A DNA stretch of 64,000 nucleotides from Oligoflexus sp. (GTDB lineage: Bacteria > Bdellovibrionota_B > Oligoflexia > Oligoflexales > Oligoflexaceae). This document shows, piece after piece, positions 1 to 7,939 of this stretch. Within the stretch, counting starts at the first letter, position 1, and each line of letters begins with the position of its first letter. The stretch is taken from NCBI GenBank assembly GCA_041736305.1, contig JBGSTX010000334.1:8754-72753 (forward strand), given 5' to 3'. A program made the position numbers and the translations under genes. The notes beneath the pieces were generated by a model. The model did not search any database and was not told where the DNA came from. It saw only the letters and a program-made list of their open reading frames with translations.

Positions 1-33
1 CTGGAATGCGCACTCTACGGCAGAATGCCCTAA

Positions 34-61
34 TCAAAATGCTTCGAGGCGAAACCGATCC
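34..61 (+). promoter_or_regulatory. putative sigma28/FliA-like promoter upstream of pilT
   Basis: (T)CAAA-N15-ACCGATCC versus consensus TAAA-N15-GCCGATAA; 85 nt upstream of the pilT ATG. Confidence 0.4.
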
Positions 62-146
62 TTTGGAAGTTGTCAGCGTAACGTCGTCGGATGAAACAAG
101 CCATCTCGCAGGCCAATCAGCAGCTTAACGGTTTTGAGGAGCTTCC

Positions 147-1238
147 ATGGATTATTCAATGCCCCAGCTTTTTCGGGCGCTGGTTCAGCAGAAAGCCAGT
201 GACCTTCACATTACTGTCGGTTCGCCGCCTCGTCTGCGGATCGACGGACAGATTGTACCGCTCAATTTACCTCCCCTCAACTCTCAGCAATCAATGGAGC
301 TGTGTTACAGCGTGCTGACCGAAGCTCAGAAGAAACACTTCGAGATTAGGAAGGAGGTCGATCTCTCGTTTTCGATCCCTAACATCGCCCGCTTCCGCGC
401 AAATATTTACTATCAACAGGGCGCTATCTCAGGCTCCTTCCGGGTCATTGCTCATCAAATTGTTGGATTGGATAACCTTGGAACTCCCCCCATCGTCAAA
501 AAACTATGTGAGCTGTCTCGAGGATTGGTCCTCGTTACAGGACCCACTGGTTCAGGCAAATCGAGTACGCTGGCGGCCATGCTCGACCATATCAATGAAA
601 ATCGTCATGATCACATCGTAACTATCGAAGACCCGATTGAATACGTTCATAGCCATAAAAACTGCATCATTAACCAGCGTGAACTAGGAGAGGATACGCA
701 GTCTTTCTCTGCCGCCTTGAAATCGGTTCTGCGCCAGGATCCTGATGTGATTCTAATTGGTGAGATGCGGGATCCCGAAACAATTGCAGCAGCTCTCACA
801 ATCGCTGAAACAGGCCATCTCGTATTCGGCACTCTGCACACTAACGGTGCTATCTCGAGTATCAACCGCATGATCGATTCCTTTCCTCCTCATCAGCAGT
901 CCCAGGTTCGAACCCAGCTAACGATGTCTCTAGAAGCCGTACTGTCACAGATCCTCATACCCCGCACCAACGGTGGGCGGGTTATGGCTATGGAAATTAT
1001 GATGATGACTCCTGCAATCCGCGCTCTGGTGTCTGAAGGAAAGATCCAACAGATCTATTCGAGCATGCAGACCGGACAAGCAGGCAGTGGTATGCAGACA
1101 TTGAATCAAAGCCTCCTCCATCTTTACCAGCGCAATATAATCGCCAAGGAAGTCGCGTTTCAGAAAAGCTCTAACCCTGATGAACTTACAGAAATGATGC
1201 AGAGTCCAGCGTTGAATCGCTCGGCTCGAGCTCGCTAA
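147..1238 (+). CDS. pilT: type IV pilus retraction ATPase PilT
   Basis: ASDLH N-terminal motif, Walker A GPTGSGKS, TIEDPIE, LRQDPDVILIGEMRD, GHLVFGTLH, GMQTL; GAGGAG RBS. Confidence 0.95.
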   Translation: MDYSMPQLFRALVQQKASDLHITVGSPPRLRIDGQIVPLNLPPLNSQQSMELCYSVLTEAQKKHFEIRKEVDLSFSIPNIARFRANIYYQQGAISGSFRVIAHQIVGLDNLGTPPIVKKLCELSRGLVLVTGPTGSGKSSTLAAMLDHINENRHDHIVTIEDPIEYVHSHKNCIINQRELGEDTQSFSAALKSVLRQDPDVILIGEMRDPETIAAALTIAETGHLVFGTLHTNGAISSINRMIDSFPPHQQSQVRTQLTMSLEAVLSQILIPRTNGGRVMAMEIMMMTPAIRALVSEGKIQQIYSSMQTGQAGSGMQTLNQSLLHLYQRNIIAKEVAFQKSSNPDELTEMMQSPALNRSARAR

Positions 1239-1250
1239 GGGTGTTAACCG

Positions 1251-2510
1251 ATGCCTAAATACGCGTATCGCGCAAAAAACCGCCGCGGCGAAGTCAAAGC
1301 CGGAGAACTCAATGCTGCGACTAAACTCGCGGCTCAGACAATCCTTTCCAATAAGGGACTCAGACCCCTAAAAATCACCGCCATGGCGGGCGATGATTCC
1401 TCTCAGGCTCGCGGCCTCACCCGTTACATATACCGCGATAAAAATGGTGCCATTCAAATACGGCTAGGCCAGCAGCTGCCAACGACCCGCGAACTGGGCC
1501 TCTTCAGCAAGCAATTTTCTTTGATGATTGAAAATGGCATTCCGATGCTTCAGGCCCTCAATATGCTGCGTGAGCAGCAACGCAAGGTCGACTTTGCGGA
1601 GATAATCGGCAAGGTTGTGAGCGCTATCGAACAAGGCTCAAGCCTAACGGATGCTCTCGAGCCCTACCCTAACGTTTTCGACTCCCTTTATGTCGCCATG
1701 GCTAGAGCCGGCGAAGCCTCTGGACGCCTCGATGTTATTCTTCGGCAACTCGTAAGCTATATTGAAAAATCGGCCAAGCTAAAATCTCAGGTAAAGTCGG
1801 CGATGGCCTACCCTATGATTATTGTATTCGTGGCGATAGCCGTGGTCACTCTCCTGCTCTCTTTTGTAGTGCCGAGCTTTGCCAAGCAATTTGCCGAGAG
1901 TGGGCAAGAGATACCCATGCTGACTCAAATAGTCATTTCAGCATCAAACGCTTTAGTAAACAACTGGATGGAGATAGTCGGGGCAACAGTGGCTGGCTTT
2001 TTTGGCATTAAATATTGGCTTGGAACGGCGAATGGAAAAGCCATATTTGATAAGTATATTCTTCGCGCGCCCATCATTGGTGACGTAATGACTAAAATAG
2101 CCGTTAGTCGCTTTTGCTCTACAATGTCGACGATGCTGAGCTCTGGCGTTGCTATTATGGAGGCTCTCGCGATCTGCGCAAAGTCTTCCGGGAATGCCTC
2201 CATAGAAGCTTTTGTGCTCAACGTTAAGGATTCGATATCCAAGGGCTCAACTTTTTCTGAGCCTCTCTCCCAGGGCAACTTTTTCCCGAAAATGGTGGTT
2301 TCAATGGTTGCGGTTGGGGAGACCACTGGTACTCTCGATGACACTCTCAAAAAGGTCACCGAAATCTACGATGAAGAAGTTGACACCTCTATTGCTACGA
2401 TGATGTCGATGATCGAACCCCTCATGATCGTTGTTATTGGGGGTATCGTCGGATTCATCGTTATCGCAATGTACCTACCTATCTTTGAAATGGCTGGAAC
2501 GGCAGGCTAG
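1251..2510 (+). CDS. pilC: type IV pilus inner-membrane platform protein PilC (T2SS F family)
   Basis: GEASGRLD, AMAYP, GETTGTLD, IEPLMIVVIGGIVGFIVIAMYLPIF; directly follows pilT. Confidence 0.93.
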   Translation: MPKYAYRAKNRRGEVKAGELNAATKLAAQTILSNKGLRPLKITAMAGDDSSQARGLTRYIYRDKNGAIQIRLGQQLPTTRELGLFSKQFSLMIENGIPMLQALNMLREQQRKVDFAEIIGKVVSAIEQGSSLTDALEPYPNVFDSLYVAMARAGEASGRLDVILRQLVSYIEKSAKLKSQVKSAMAYPMIIVFVAIAVVTLLLSFVVPSFAKQFAESGQEIPMLTQIVISASNALVNNWMEIVGATVAGFFGIKYWLGTANGKAIFDKYILRAPIIGDVMTKIAVSRFCSTMSTMLSSGVAIMEALAICAKSSGNASIEAFVLNVKDSISKGSTFSEPLSQGNFFPKMVVSMVAVGETTGTLDDTLKKVTEIYDEEVDTSIATMMSMIEPLMIVVIGGIVGFIVIAMYLPIFEMAGTAG

Positions 2511-2513
2511 CCG

Positions 2514-2753
2514 CTAGGAGCGAGCGACAAAAGCCACTGGCTGCTTCCAAGTATATTGGCATTCGCGGCAAACGTAGTAATAAATATCCTCTTCAAAGCG
2601 GGAAACTTCGGCTCCTACCTGCTTACACCGTGGACATGCTTGGGTCCGGTGGTTGTACGAACAGATTGAGTTGCGACAGCGGACTTCCCCACCTTCACCA
2701 GCGCGGGTAGGTCCCTGGCAAACAGGGCAGCGATCGCGTCCACGACGTTCCAT
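2514..2753 (-). CDS. small Cys-rich double zinc-ribbon protein
   Basis: CPVC, CRNSIC, CPRC, CREC in 79 aa; strong AGGAGAGG RBS; 18 nt downstream of kdsA. Confidence 0.7.
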   Translation of the reverse strand: MERRGRDRCPVCQGPTRAGEGGEVRCRNSICSYNHRTQACPRCKQVGAEVSRFEEDIYYYVCRECQYTWKQPVAFVARS

Positions 2754-2771
2754 TTCGTTTCCTCTCCTGCT

Positions 2772-3638
2772 TCAGCCGTAAATTTGGTCTTCTTTCGCGA
2801 GACGACGAACGCTCTTCCATAAAGGAATAATCTGCCGCAGCAGATGGCTCGCTTGCTGAACTGAAAGTTGAGTAGCCGCGTCACTTTTCGCTTGATCTGG
2901 ATTAGGATGAACTTCAAGGAAAAAACCGTCGAGGTAACCGCTAGCAGTTGCCGCCCTTGCCAGGACTGGAGCGAAGTTTCGCAAACCTCCTGATATTTCC
3001 CCTGTCGTACCTCCTGCCGCAGGCAACTGGAGGCTGTGAGTTATATCGAAGATTACCGGCGCGCCCTCGTCAGACATGATTTTTAGGCCGCGCATATCGA
3101 CGACGAGGTTTCCATAACCGAAACTAGTACCCCGCTCGGTCAGAGCATAGTTAAGGGCAAGACCTTTTTCCTCAGCGGCCTGCCGAACCTTGGAAATGAT
3201 GTGCCGACAGTTTTCTGGAGCCAGAAACTGGCCTTTTTTAATGTTTACCGCTCGCCCTGTTTGTACAGCAGCAACCAGAAGATCAGTTTGGCGGCAGAGA
3301 AAGGCTGGAATTTGGAGGACATCGATGACCGAGGCTACTTCCACGACTTGGCTCGTTTCATGAACATCTGTTAGCACAGCCAATCCAGCAAAACTTTTCT
3401 TGAGCTTTTCGAACCATTGGAGAGCCTGTGGCAAGCCTGGACCGCGATAACTATGAATCGAGGTCCGATTAGCTTTGTCGAAGCTAGCTTTAAAAACGAG
3501 CTCAAAATTCAGCTCCTGCGCCAAAGCATGCAGGGGCGCGATCACAGACTGCATGAGCTCCAACGATTCGGCCATGCATGGACCAGCTATAACAATGGGC
3601 CGCTCAGGATCTTGCTTAAAATAAAGGCTCATAGGCAT
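2772..3638 (-). CDS. kdsA: 3-deoxy-8-phosphooctulonate (KDO8P) synthase
   Basis: IAGPC, FKASFDKANRTS, QIPAFLCRQTDLL, KKGQFL, ERGTSFGYGNLVVD, EVHPNP. Confidence 0.95.
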   Translation of the reverse strand: MPMSLYFKQDPERPIVIAGPCMAESLELMQSVIAPLHALAQELNFELVFKASFDKANRTSIHSYRGPGLPQALQWFEKLKKSFAGLAVLTDVHETSQVVEVASVIDVLQIPAFLCRQTDLLVAAVQTGRAVNIKKGQFLAPENCRHIISKVRQAAEEKGLALNYALTERGTSFGYGNLVVDMRGLKIMSDEGAPVIFDITHSLQLPAAGGTTGEISGGLRNFAPVLARAATASGYLDGFFLEVHPNPDQAKSDAATQLSVQQASHLLRQIIPLWKSVRRLAKEDQIYG

Positions 3639-3795
3639 CGCTCTCGAATGGAAGTCTTGGGCTTTTTTCTCGCTCGTGTTAGCCTAGACAATGGCGCGAA
3701 CCAAGTCTAGAGGTCGCTCGCTTTTTGGCTTTAGAGGAAGAAAGTATTGACTAAACCCATGGACTGATTTATCTACGAATTTCCCTTTGGGAAGT

Positions 3796-3871
3796 GGCTC
3801 TTTAGCTCAGTCGGTAGAGCAGTGGACTGAAAATCCACGTGTCCCCAGTTCGATTCTGGGAGGAGCCACCA
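3796..3871 (+). tRNA. tRNA-Phe (GAA)
   Basis: GGCTCTT/AGGAGCC acceptor stem, D arm TAGCTCAGTCGGTAGAGC, anticodon arm GTGGA-CTGAAAA-TCCAC, TTCGA T loop, encoded CCA; 76 nt. Confidence 0.97.
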
Positions 3872-3893
3872 GTCTGTTTCCTACGGTGGTGAT

Positions 3894-4262
3894 ATGGAAA
3901 CGTTCCTTACAGTTGTGCACATCCTGACGGCTATCTTTATGATCGTCGTAATTATCGTCCAGGGCGGAAATTCTGGCGGTGTTGGTGCTGCATTTGGTGG
4001 AGGGAATTCAGCTGGCCTCTTCGGTGCTACGGGCGCAACTTCTCTCCTTGGAAAGTTGACCTATGGTATGGCCGCAGTTTTCATGGTAACCAGCATCTGG
4101 CTTTCGGTTGAAAAAGGAAATTCAGGTCGTACGGGATTGTCAGATCGCCTCAAGCAGGCCGGCAGTTCAGAATCGCAGCCTGCAAAACCCGAAACACCGG
4201 CCACGACGGATCCTCAAAAGGCTCCTGAAGGAACTTCGGCTCCCCAGCAACCACAGCCGTAA
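3894..4262 (+). CDS. secG: preprotein translocase subunit SecG
   Basis: Two TM helices around a Gly-rich GVGAAFGGG...LFG loop, KLT motif, low-complexity tail; followed by tRNA-Leu(GAG) as in the conserved secG-leuU arrangement. Confidence 0.92.
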   Translation: METFLTVVHILTAIFMIVVIIVQGGNSGGVGAAFGGGNSAGLFGATGATSLLGKLTYGMAAVFMVTSIWLSVEKGNSGRTGLSDRLKQAGSSESQPAKPETPATTDPQKAPEGTSAPQQPQP

Positions 4263-4268
4263 TTGCAC

Positions 4269-4350
4269 GCTCAGGTGGTGGAATTGGTAGACACGCATGT
4301 TTGAGGGGCATGTGTCGCAAGACGTGCGGGTTCAAGTCCCGCCCTGAGCA
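4269..4350 (+). tRNA. tRNA-Leu (GAG)
   Basis: GCTCAGG/CCTGAGC acceptor stem, GGTGGAATTGGTAGACAC D arm, CATGT-TTGAGGG-GCATG anticodon arm, long variable arm, GGGTTCAAGTCCC T arm; CCA not encoded. Confidence 0.95.
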
Positions 4351-4503
4351 CTCTTTCTCTTTTCTTCCCTCTCTTTCCTTGACCCTTCTTTTGCTGCGCC
4401 CCACAAAAAATTTCTTCTTCTTACTTCCTCACCTATGGCAAGTTGCTTACTTACTCAATACGCCTGTATATTATAAGCAAATTTCACTGATGGAGAAATT
4501 CCA

Positions 4504-4998
4504 ATGGTAAAGCGCGGTATCGCCTTCGGATGGAGCGTCCTTTGCTTGGTTGCCTTGCAGCCAAGCGCTTTTGCGAAAGCTGGATATGGAATGGCAGGCT
4601 GCGGACTGGGTTCAGTGTTAGTAGGAAGTCAAGGAGGGCAGATTTTTGCGGGCACCACAAATTCCACTAGTGCCAACCAAGGTTTTGGGATTACTTCAGG
4701 AACTTCAAACTGTCAAAACAGCTCACAAATGGAGGCTATGGCCAAGCAGCATGAATTCCTATCTGCCAATCTAGTGAATTTTCAAAAAGAGGTGGCTCAG
4801 GGTCAAGGAGCGACCATCACGGCTCTAGTGGAGCTATTTGGCTGCACTACAAGCGTCCAAGGGCACGCAAATGAGGTTCTCGTTCAAAACTATGACGCAA
4901 TATTTCGCTCACCAGGCGTCGCGGGCATCCTTAGCAGTGTTAGAGAAAAGTTGGAGCAGGATGAAGCTTTGGCCACACAGTGCCAAAACCTAGGTTAA
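4504..4998 (+). CDS. DUF3015 family secreted protein
   Basis: Signal peptide, YGMAGCGLGS, FGITSGTSNC, EVAQGQG...LFGC motifs. Confidence 0.8.
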   Translation: MVKRGIAFGWSVLCLVALQPSAFAKAGYGMAGCGLGSVLVGSQGGQIFAGTTNSTSANQGFGITSGTSNCQNSSQMEAMAKQHEFLSANLVNFQKEVAQGQGATITALVELFGCTTSVQGHANEVLVQNYDAIFRSPGVAGILSSVREKLEQDEALATQCQNLG

Positions 4999-5031
4999 TC
5001 CACTCATTCCCAACTTAATAAGAGGTTAGAG

Positions 5032-5700
5032 ATGCTTTTGAGATATGTTTGTTTAAGTGTCGTGCTACTTGCTAGTCAGGGTTTTGCAGCAGCTCCTCCC
5101 GCTAAGAAAGCCCCTGCCGCTGCGAAGGGAGCTAAAGCTCCCGCTGCCAAATCCGGGGCTAAGGCCGGAAACAAAACTCCAGCTACAGCTCCCAAAACCC
5201 CAGCTGCTGCGCCCGCTACACCGATGGAAGCAGCCGCAGCAGGACCAACTCTAGCGGCCGGAGAACCCCATCTAGGATCCTACGGGATGGCAGGCTGTGG
5301 ACTCGGCTCGATTGTGATCAAGAATCCGAGCAAGGGTCCACAAATCGGCGCATTCTTCCTGAATGCCATTGGATTTCAAACTTCTGCGCTCACTAGTGGG
5401 ACTAGTAACTGTGTAGAATCTCGGACTGAGACCGCTGCACAAGAACAGTCTGTTTATGTAATCGCTAACCTTTCTTCACTTAGTCGTGAAGCAGCGCAGG
5501 GTGGCGGAGAACATCTTGATGGTCTGGCTGAAGTTTTTGGTTGCCATGGTGCCAGTGACCGCCAACGTTTAGCTCAACTCAGTCAAGAAAAATTCGACTT
5601 AATCTTTTCTGCCCCTGAAGCCGACGGTGTCTTGGATAATTACTTAAGTGCCATTCAGATGGATCCCCTTCTTGCCAGCGAATGCACTAAAGTCATCTGA
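5032..5700 (+). CDS. DUF3015 family secreted protein with Ala/Pro/Lys-rich N-terminal linker
   Basis: Signal peptide, low-complexity linker, then YGMAGCGLGS, TSGTSNC, EAAQGGGEHL...FGC; paralog of the upstream gene. Confidence 0.8.
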   Translation: MLLRYVCLSVVLLASQGFAAAPPAKKAPAAAKGAKAPAAKSGAKAGNKTPATAPKTPAAAPATPMEAAAAGPTLAAGEPHLGSYGMAGCGLGSIVIKNPSKGPQIGAFFLNAIGFQTSALTSGTSNCVESRTETAAQEQSVYVIANLSSLSREAAQGGGEHLDGLAEVFGCHGASDRQRLAQLSQEKFDLIFSAPEADGVLDNYLSAIQMDPLLASECTKVI

Positions 5701-5748
5701 ATTTCAATCAGAACTTATTGATTGCCGTCCTTGGACGGCAACTTACCG

Positions 5749-7662
5749 CTACGGAACTAGAGCCGCCTCTAAAGCAGGAGGAGGGGGAGGAGGCGGCTTG
5801 CGTATAAGACAGCTATCCATTCTGAAAGGATCTGCAAACATGCAGCTCGGAGTGATGAGCATGTCGCCAAGCAGCGGGTTGATGACCAGTATCTGCGCCT
5901 TGCTGACTCTAAAAGCTTCGCCTAGAAGTAAGTTGAACTCCTCCCTCTTCATGAAGCCTCCTGGCTGCTGGAGACTCGGCCACCGACTGCGAAAAGGCTC
6001 CAAAGTCAAAAGAGTATTCACCTGCGGGTCGGTTAAACCAAGTTCTTCACGGACATCGTTTCGCGTCAACGCGCGATTATAATATCTATAGGCCTGATTC
6101 ACCGGATCGGCTTTGGTCGTATCGAGACCCAGTTCCTTAGCTGCTTTGAGATACATGGCATTATCCTTAGCCATTGCATCCTTAAAGGTATTTTCTTCAG
6201 GGTATAGGTTGAAGATCTTACTGATCTCTGGATTAGACAAACCAACCGCATTGGCTTTGAAGAAAGACCTGATCTCATCTTTCTTCGGTATTAAACCCTG
6301 ATTGTGACAGCTCATACAGGAAAGTCCGTTAACGATTGCTGTCAGAAACTGAGCCGGAGCATCGTTTTGTTTAACGATGCTGGTGGGCCCCTTATCCAAA
6401 GCCACTCCCGCCGCATTCGACAGGTAGAATCCGAACATGCCATTCGGTAGTTGAAAAATGATTTCGCCACCATCTTGCTCAAAAGCCAAGGAATCGAACC
6501 CCACGCCAACGGGTCCTAACGGCAAGCCAAATATATTACTCACACCCTCATTTGAAACAAAGTCATAGCTTGTCCAATAGCTCAGTCCATTGTTCTGGGC
6601 ATGCCTTTCTATGATCCGATTCTGGGTGGACACATTAGAATTCTTGAATCCAGATCGGATAGCTTTGTTCTCGACGAGGTCGCGTAAATTGTCGATACCA
6701 AGCTTAGAGTCTAGCTCGGCCTGATTCGCCCCTAACTCCATAAGCCGAGTATAGGCCTGAGGGAGCATTGCGGTCGCAATGAACCAATCGCCTCGTACAA
6801 AAAAATTCTCAGTTCCGAGTTCGGTTTGTAGAAAATTTTGGTTATCTGCGGCGCGGCGAGCACCTTGCTCTTCTCCAACGGTTACAAACTTTTGGCTGAA
6901 AGGATAGAAATCTGACAGCAGCGAATCGAAGAGTGCAGTAGGAAGAGCGAGCTCATCCAAACGCAGACGATAGACTAATTTTTGGCTATCGATCGCTTCC
7001 GGCTTCACAAGCAAGGGGGAGCGGGAGATACTATTAAGTACTTTCAGCATGGCATCGCGCTGGATTTTAAGACTCGCCAAATCTGCACCTAGATTGCTGG
7101 CAACATGGAAGCTGAGATAGCGAGTATTTTTTCGAAATCCCGCTGCGACTTTTTGCTCAACATCATTACGGATGAGACCTAGGACTTCGCTTTCGGAAAG
7201 GGGCTTATTTTTGGCGATACTTAGCCCTGAAATCCACTTCCGCATGACCTCGACTTCTTCATCTTTGATGGGACCTTTGGGTGGCATGTTGCCTCCTTGA
7301 GCCAGCCTTGTGAAAAGTAGAGAGTTCGCTGGGTCCCCAGGTACGATATAACGAGAACCTTTGATCATTTCCTCGATATTTTCGATCGTACCAAAATTTC
7401 CTTGAGCATTATTTGCGTTGTGGCAGGAGGAGCAATCTTTATCTAAGATCGCAAGGGCCTGGGAGCGCAGATCGCTCTTAAGCTCGCCTTCATCACCTTT
7501 GATCACGCCTTGCTTCGCGTCGCTTTCTTCAATGGGCAAGCTCTTCGCATCGGCCTCTGAAGAAAGGCCTTTTTGCAGTTCGAAAGGCTTTGGATCTTTC
7601 GCCTCGCGGCAGCCAACAAGGGCACTGCCTGCGAGCAAAGCTAGCCATAAAAATTTGAACAT
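5749..7662 (-). CDS. lipoprotein with two c-type heme-binding motifs (N-terminal planctomycete-type cytochrome c domain)
   Basis: Lipobox LVGC; CSSCH followed by IVPGDPANSLL...MPP...W; second motif CMSCH; C-terminal polyproline. Confidence 0.75.
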   Translation of the reverse strand: MFKFLWLALLAGSALVGCREAKDPKPFELQKGLSSEADAKSLPIEESDAKQGVIKGDEGELKSDLRSQALAILDKDCSSCHNANNAQGNFGTIENIEEMIKGSRYIVPGDPANSLLFTRLAQGGNMPPKGPIKDEEVEVMRKWISGLSIAKNKPLSESEVLGLIRNDVEQKVAAGFRKNTRYLSFHVASNLGADLASLKIQRDAMLKVLNSISRSPLLVKPEAIDSQKLVYRLRLDELALPTALFDSLLSDFYPFSQKFVTVGEEQGARRAADNQNFLQTELGTENFFVRGDWFIATAMLPQAYTRLMELGANQAELDSKLGIDNLRDLVENKAIRSGFKNSNVSTQNRIIERHAQNNGLSYWTSYDFVSNEGVSNIFGLPLGPVGVGFDSLAFEQDGGEIIFQLPNGMFGFYLSNAAGVALDKGPTSIVKQNDAPAQFLTAIVNGLSCMSCHNQGLIPKKDEIRSFFKANAVGLSNPEISKIFNLYPEENTFKDAMAKDNAMYLKAAKELGLDTTKADPVNQAYRYYNRALTRNDVREELGLTDPQVNTLLTLEPFRSRWPSLQQPGGFMKREEFNLLLGEAFRVSKAQILVINPLLGDMLITPSCMFADPFRMDSCLIRKPPPPPPPALEAALVP

Positions 7663-7741
7663 TTTCGTCTCCCTCTATTCAGGATAAAGCGTCTAACATC
7701 TTTGCTCGCTGGTCAGGCGAGCCGCAAAATTGCTTAATCAG

Positions 7742-7768
7742 GGATCGGAGAATGCCAAAGGGAAATTA
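7742..7768 (-). promoter_or_regulatory. putative sigma28/FliA-like promoter for the cytochrome c lipoprotein
   Basis: Minus strand TAAT-N15-TCCGATCC, about 80 nt upstream of the ATG at 7662. Confidence 0.45.
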
Positions 7769-7939
7769 GGGTAAGCTTGAATATTTTTTATTTCATTAAT
7801 ACTTACGAGATATTACATTTATTTTGCACATCGGTTTTGCACTTCGAAAAGAAACCCGTTAAAAACAGCGAAAGCCCGCGTTGAGATTCTATTTTCTAAG
7901 TATTCGCTTTCCTTGCAGAATCATAAGAAGAGGGTCGAT

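Noticed and set aside
4436-4451. sigma54-like TGGCAAGTTGCTTAC before the DUF3015 genes
   Set aside because: The invariant -12 GC is AC.
4108-4510. Short ORFs 4108-4290, 4150-4404 and 4301-4510
   Set aside because: They overlap secG and tRNA-Leu and are spurious.
5090-5260. GCT/GCC/AAA-rich quasi-repeats as a CRISPR or tandem array
   Set aside because: They encode the Ala/Pro/Lys linker of the DUF3015 protein and show no repeat-spacer periodicity.
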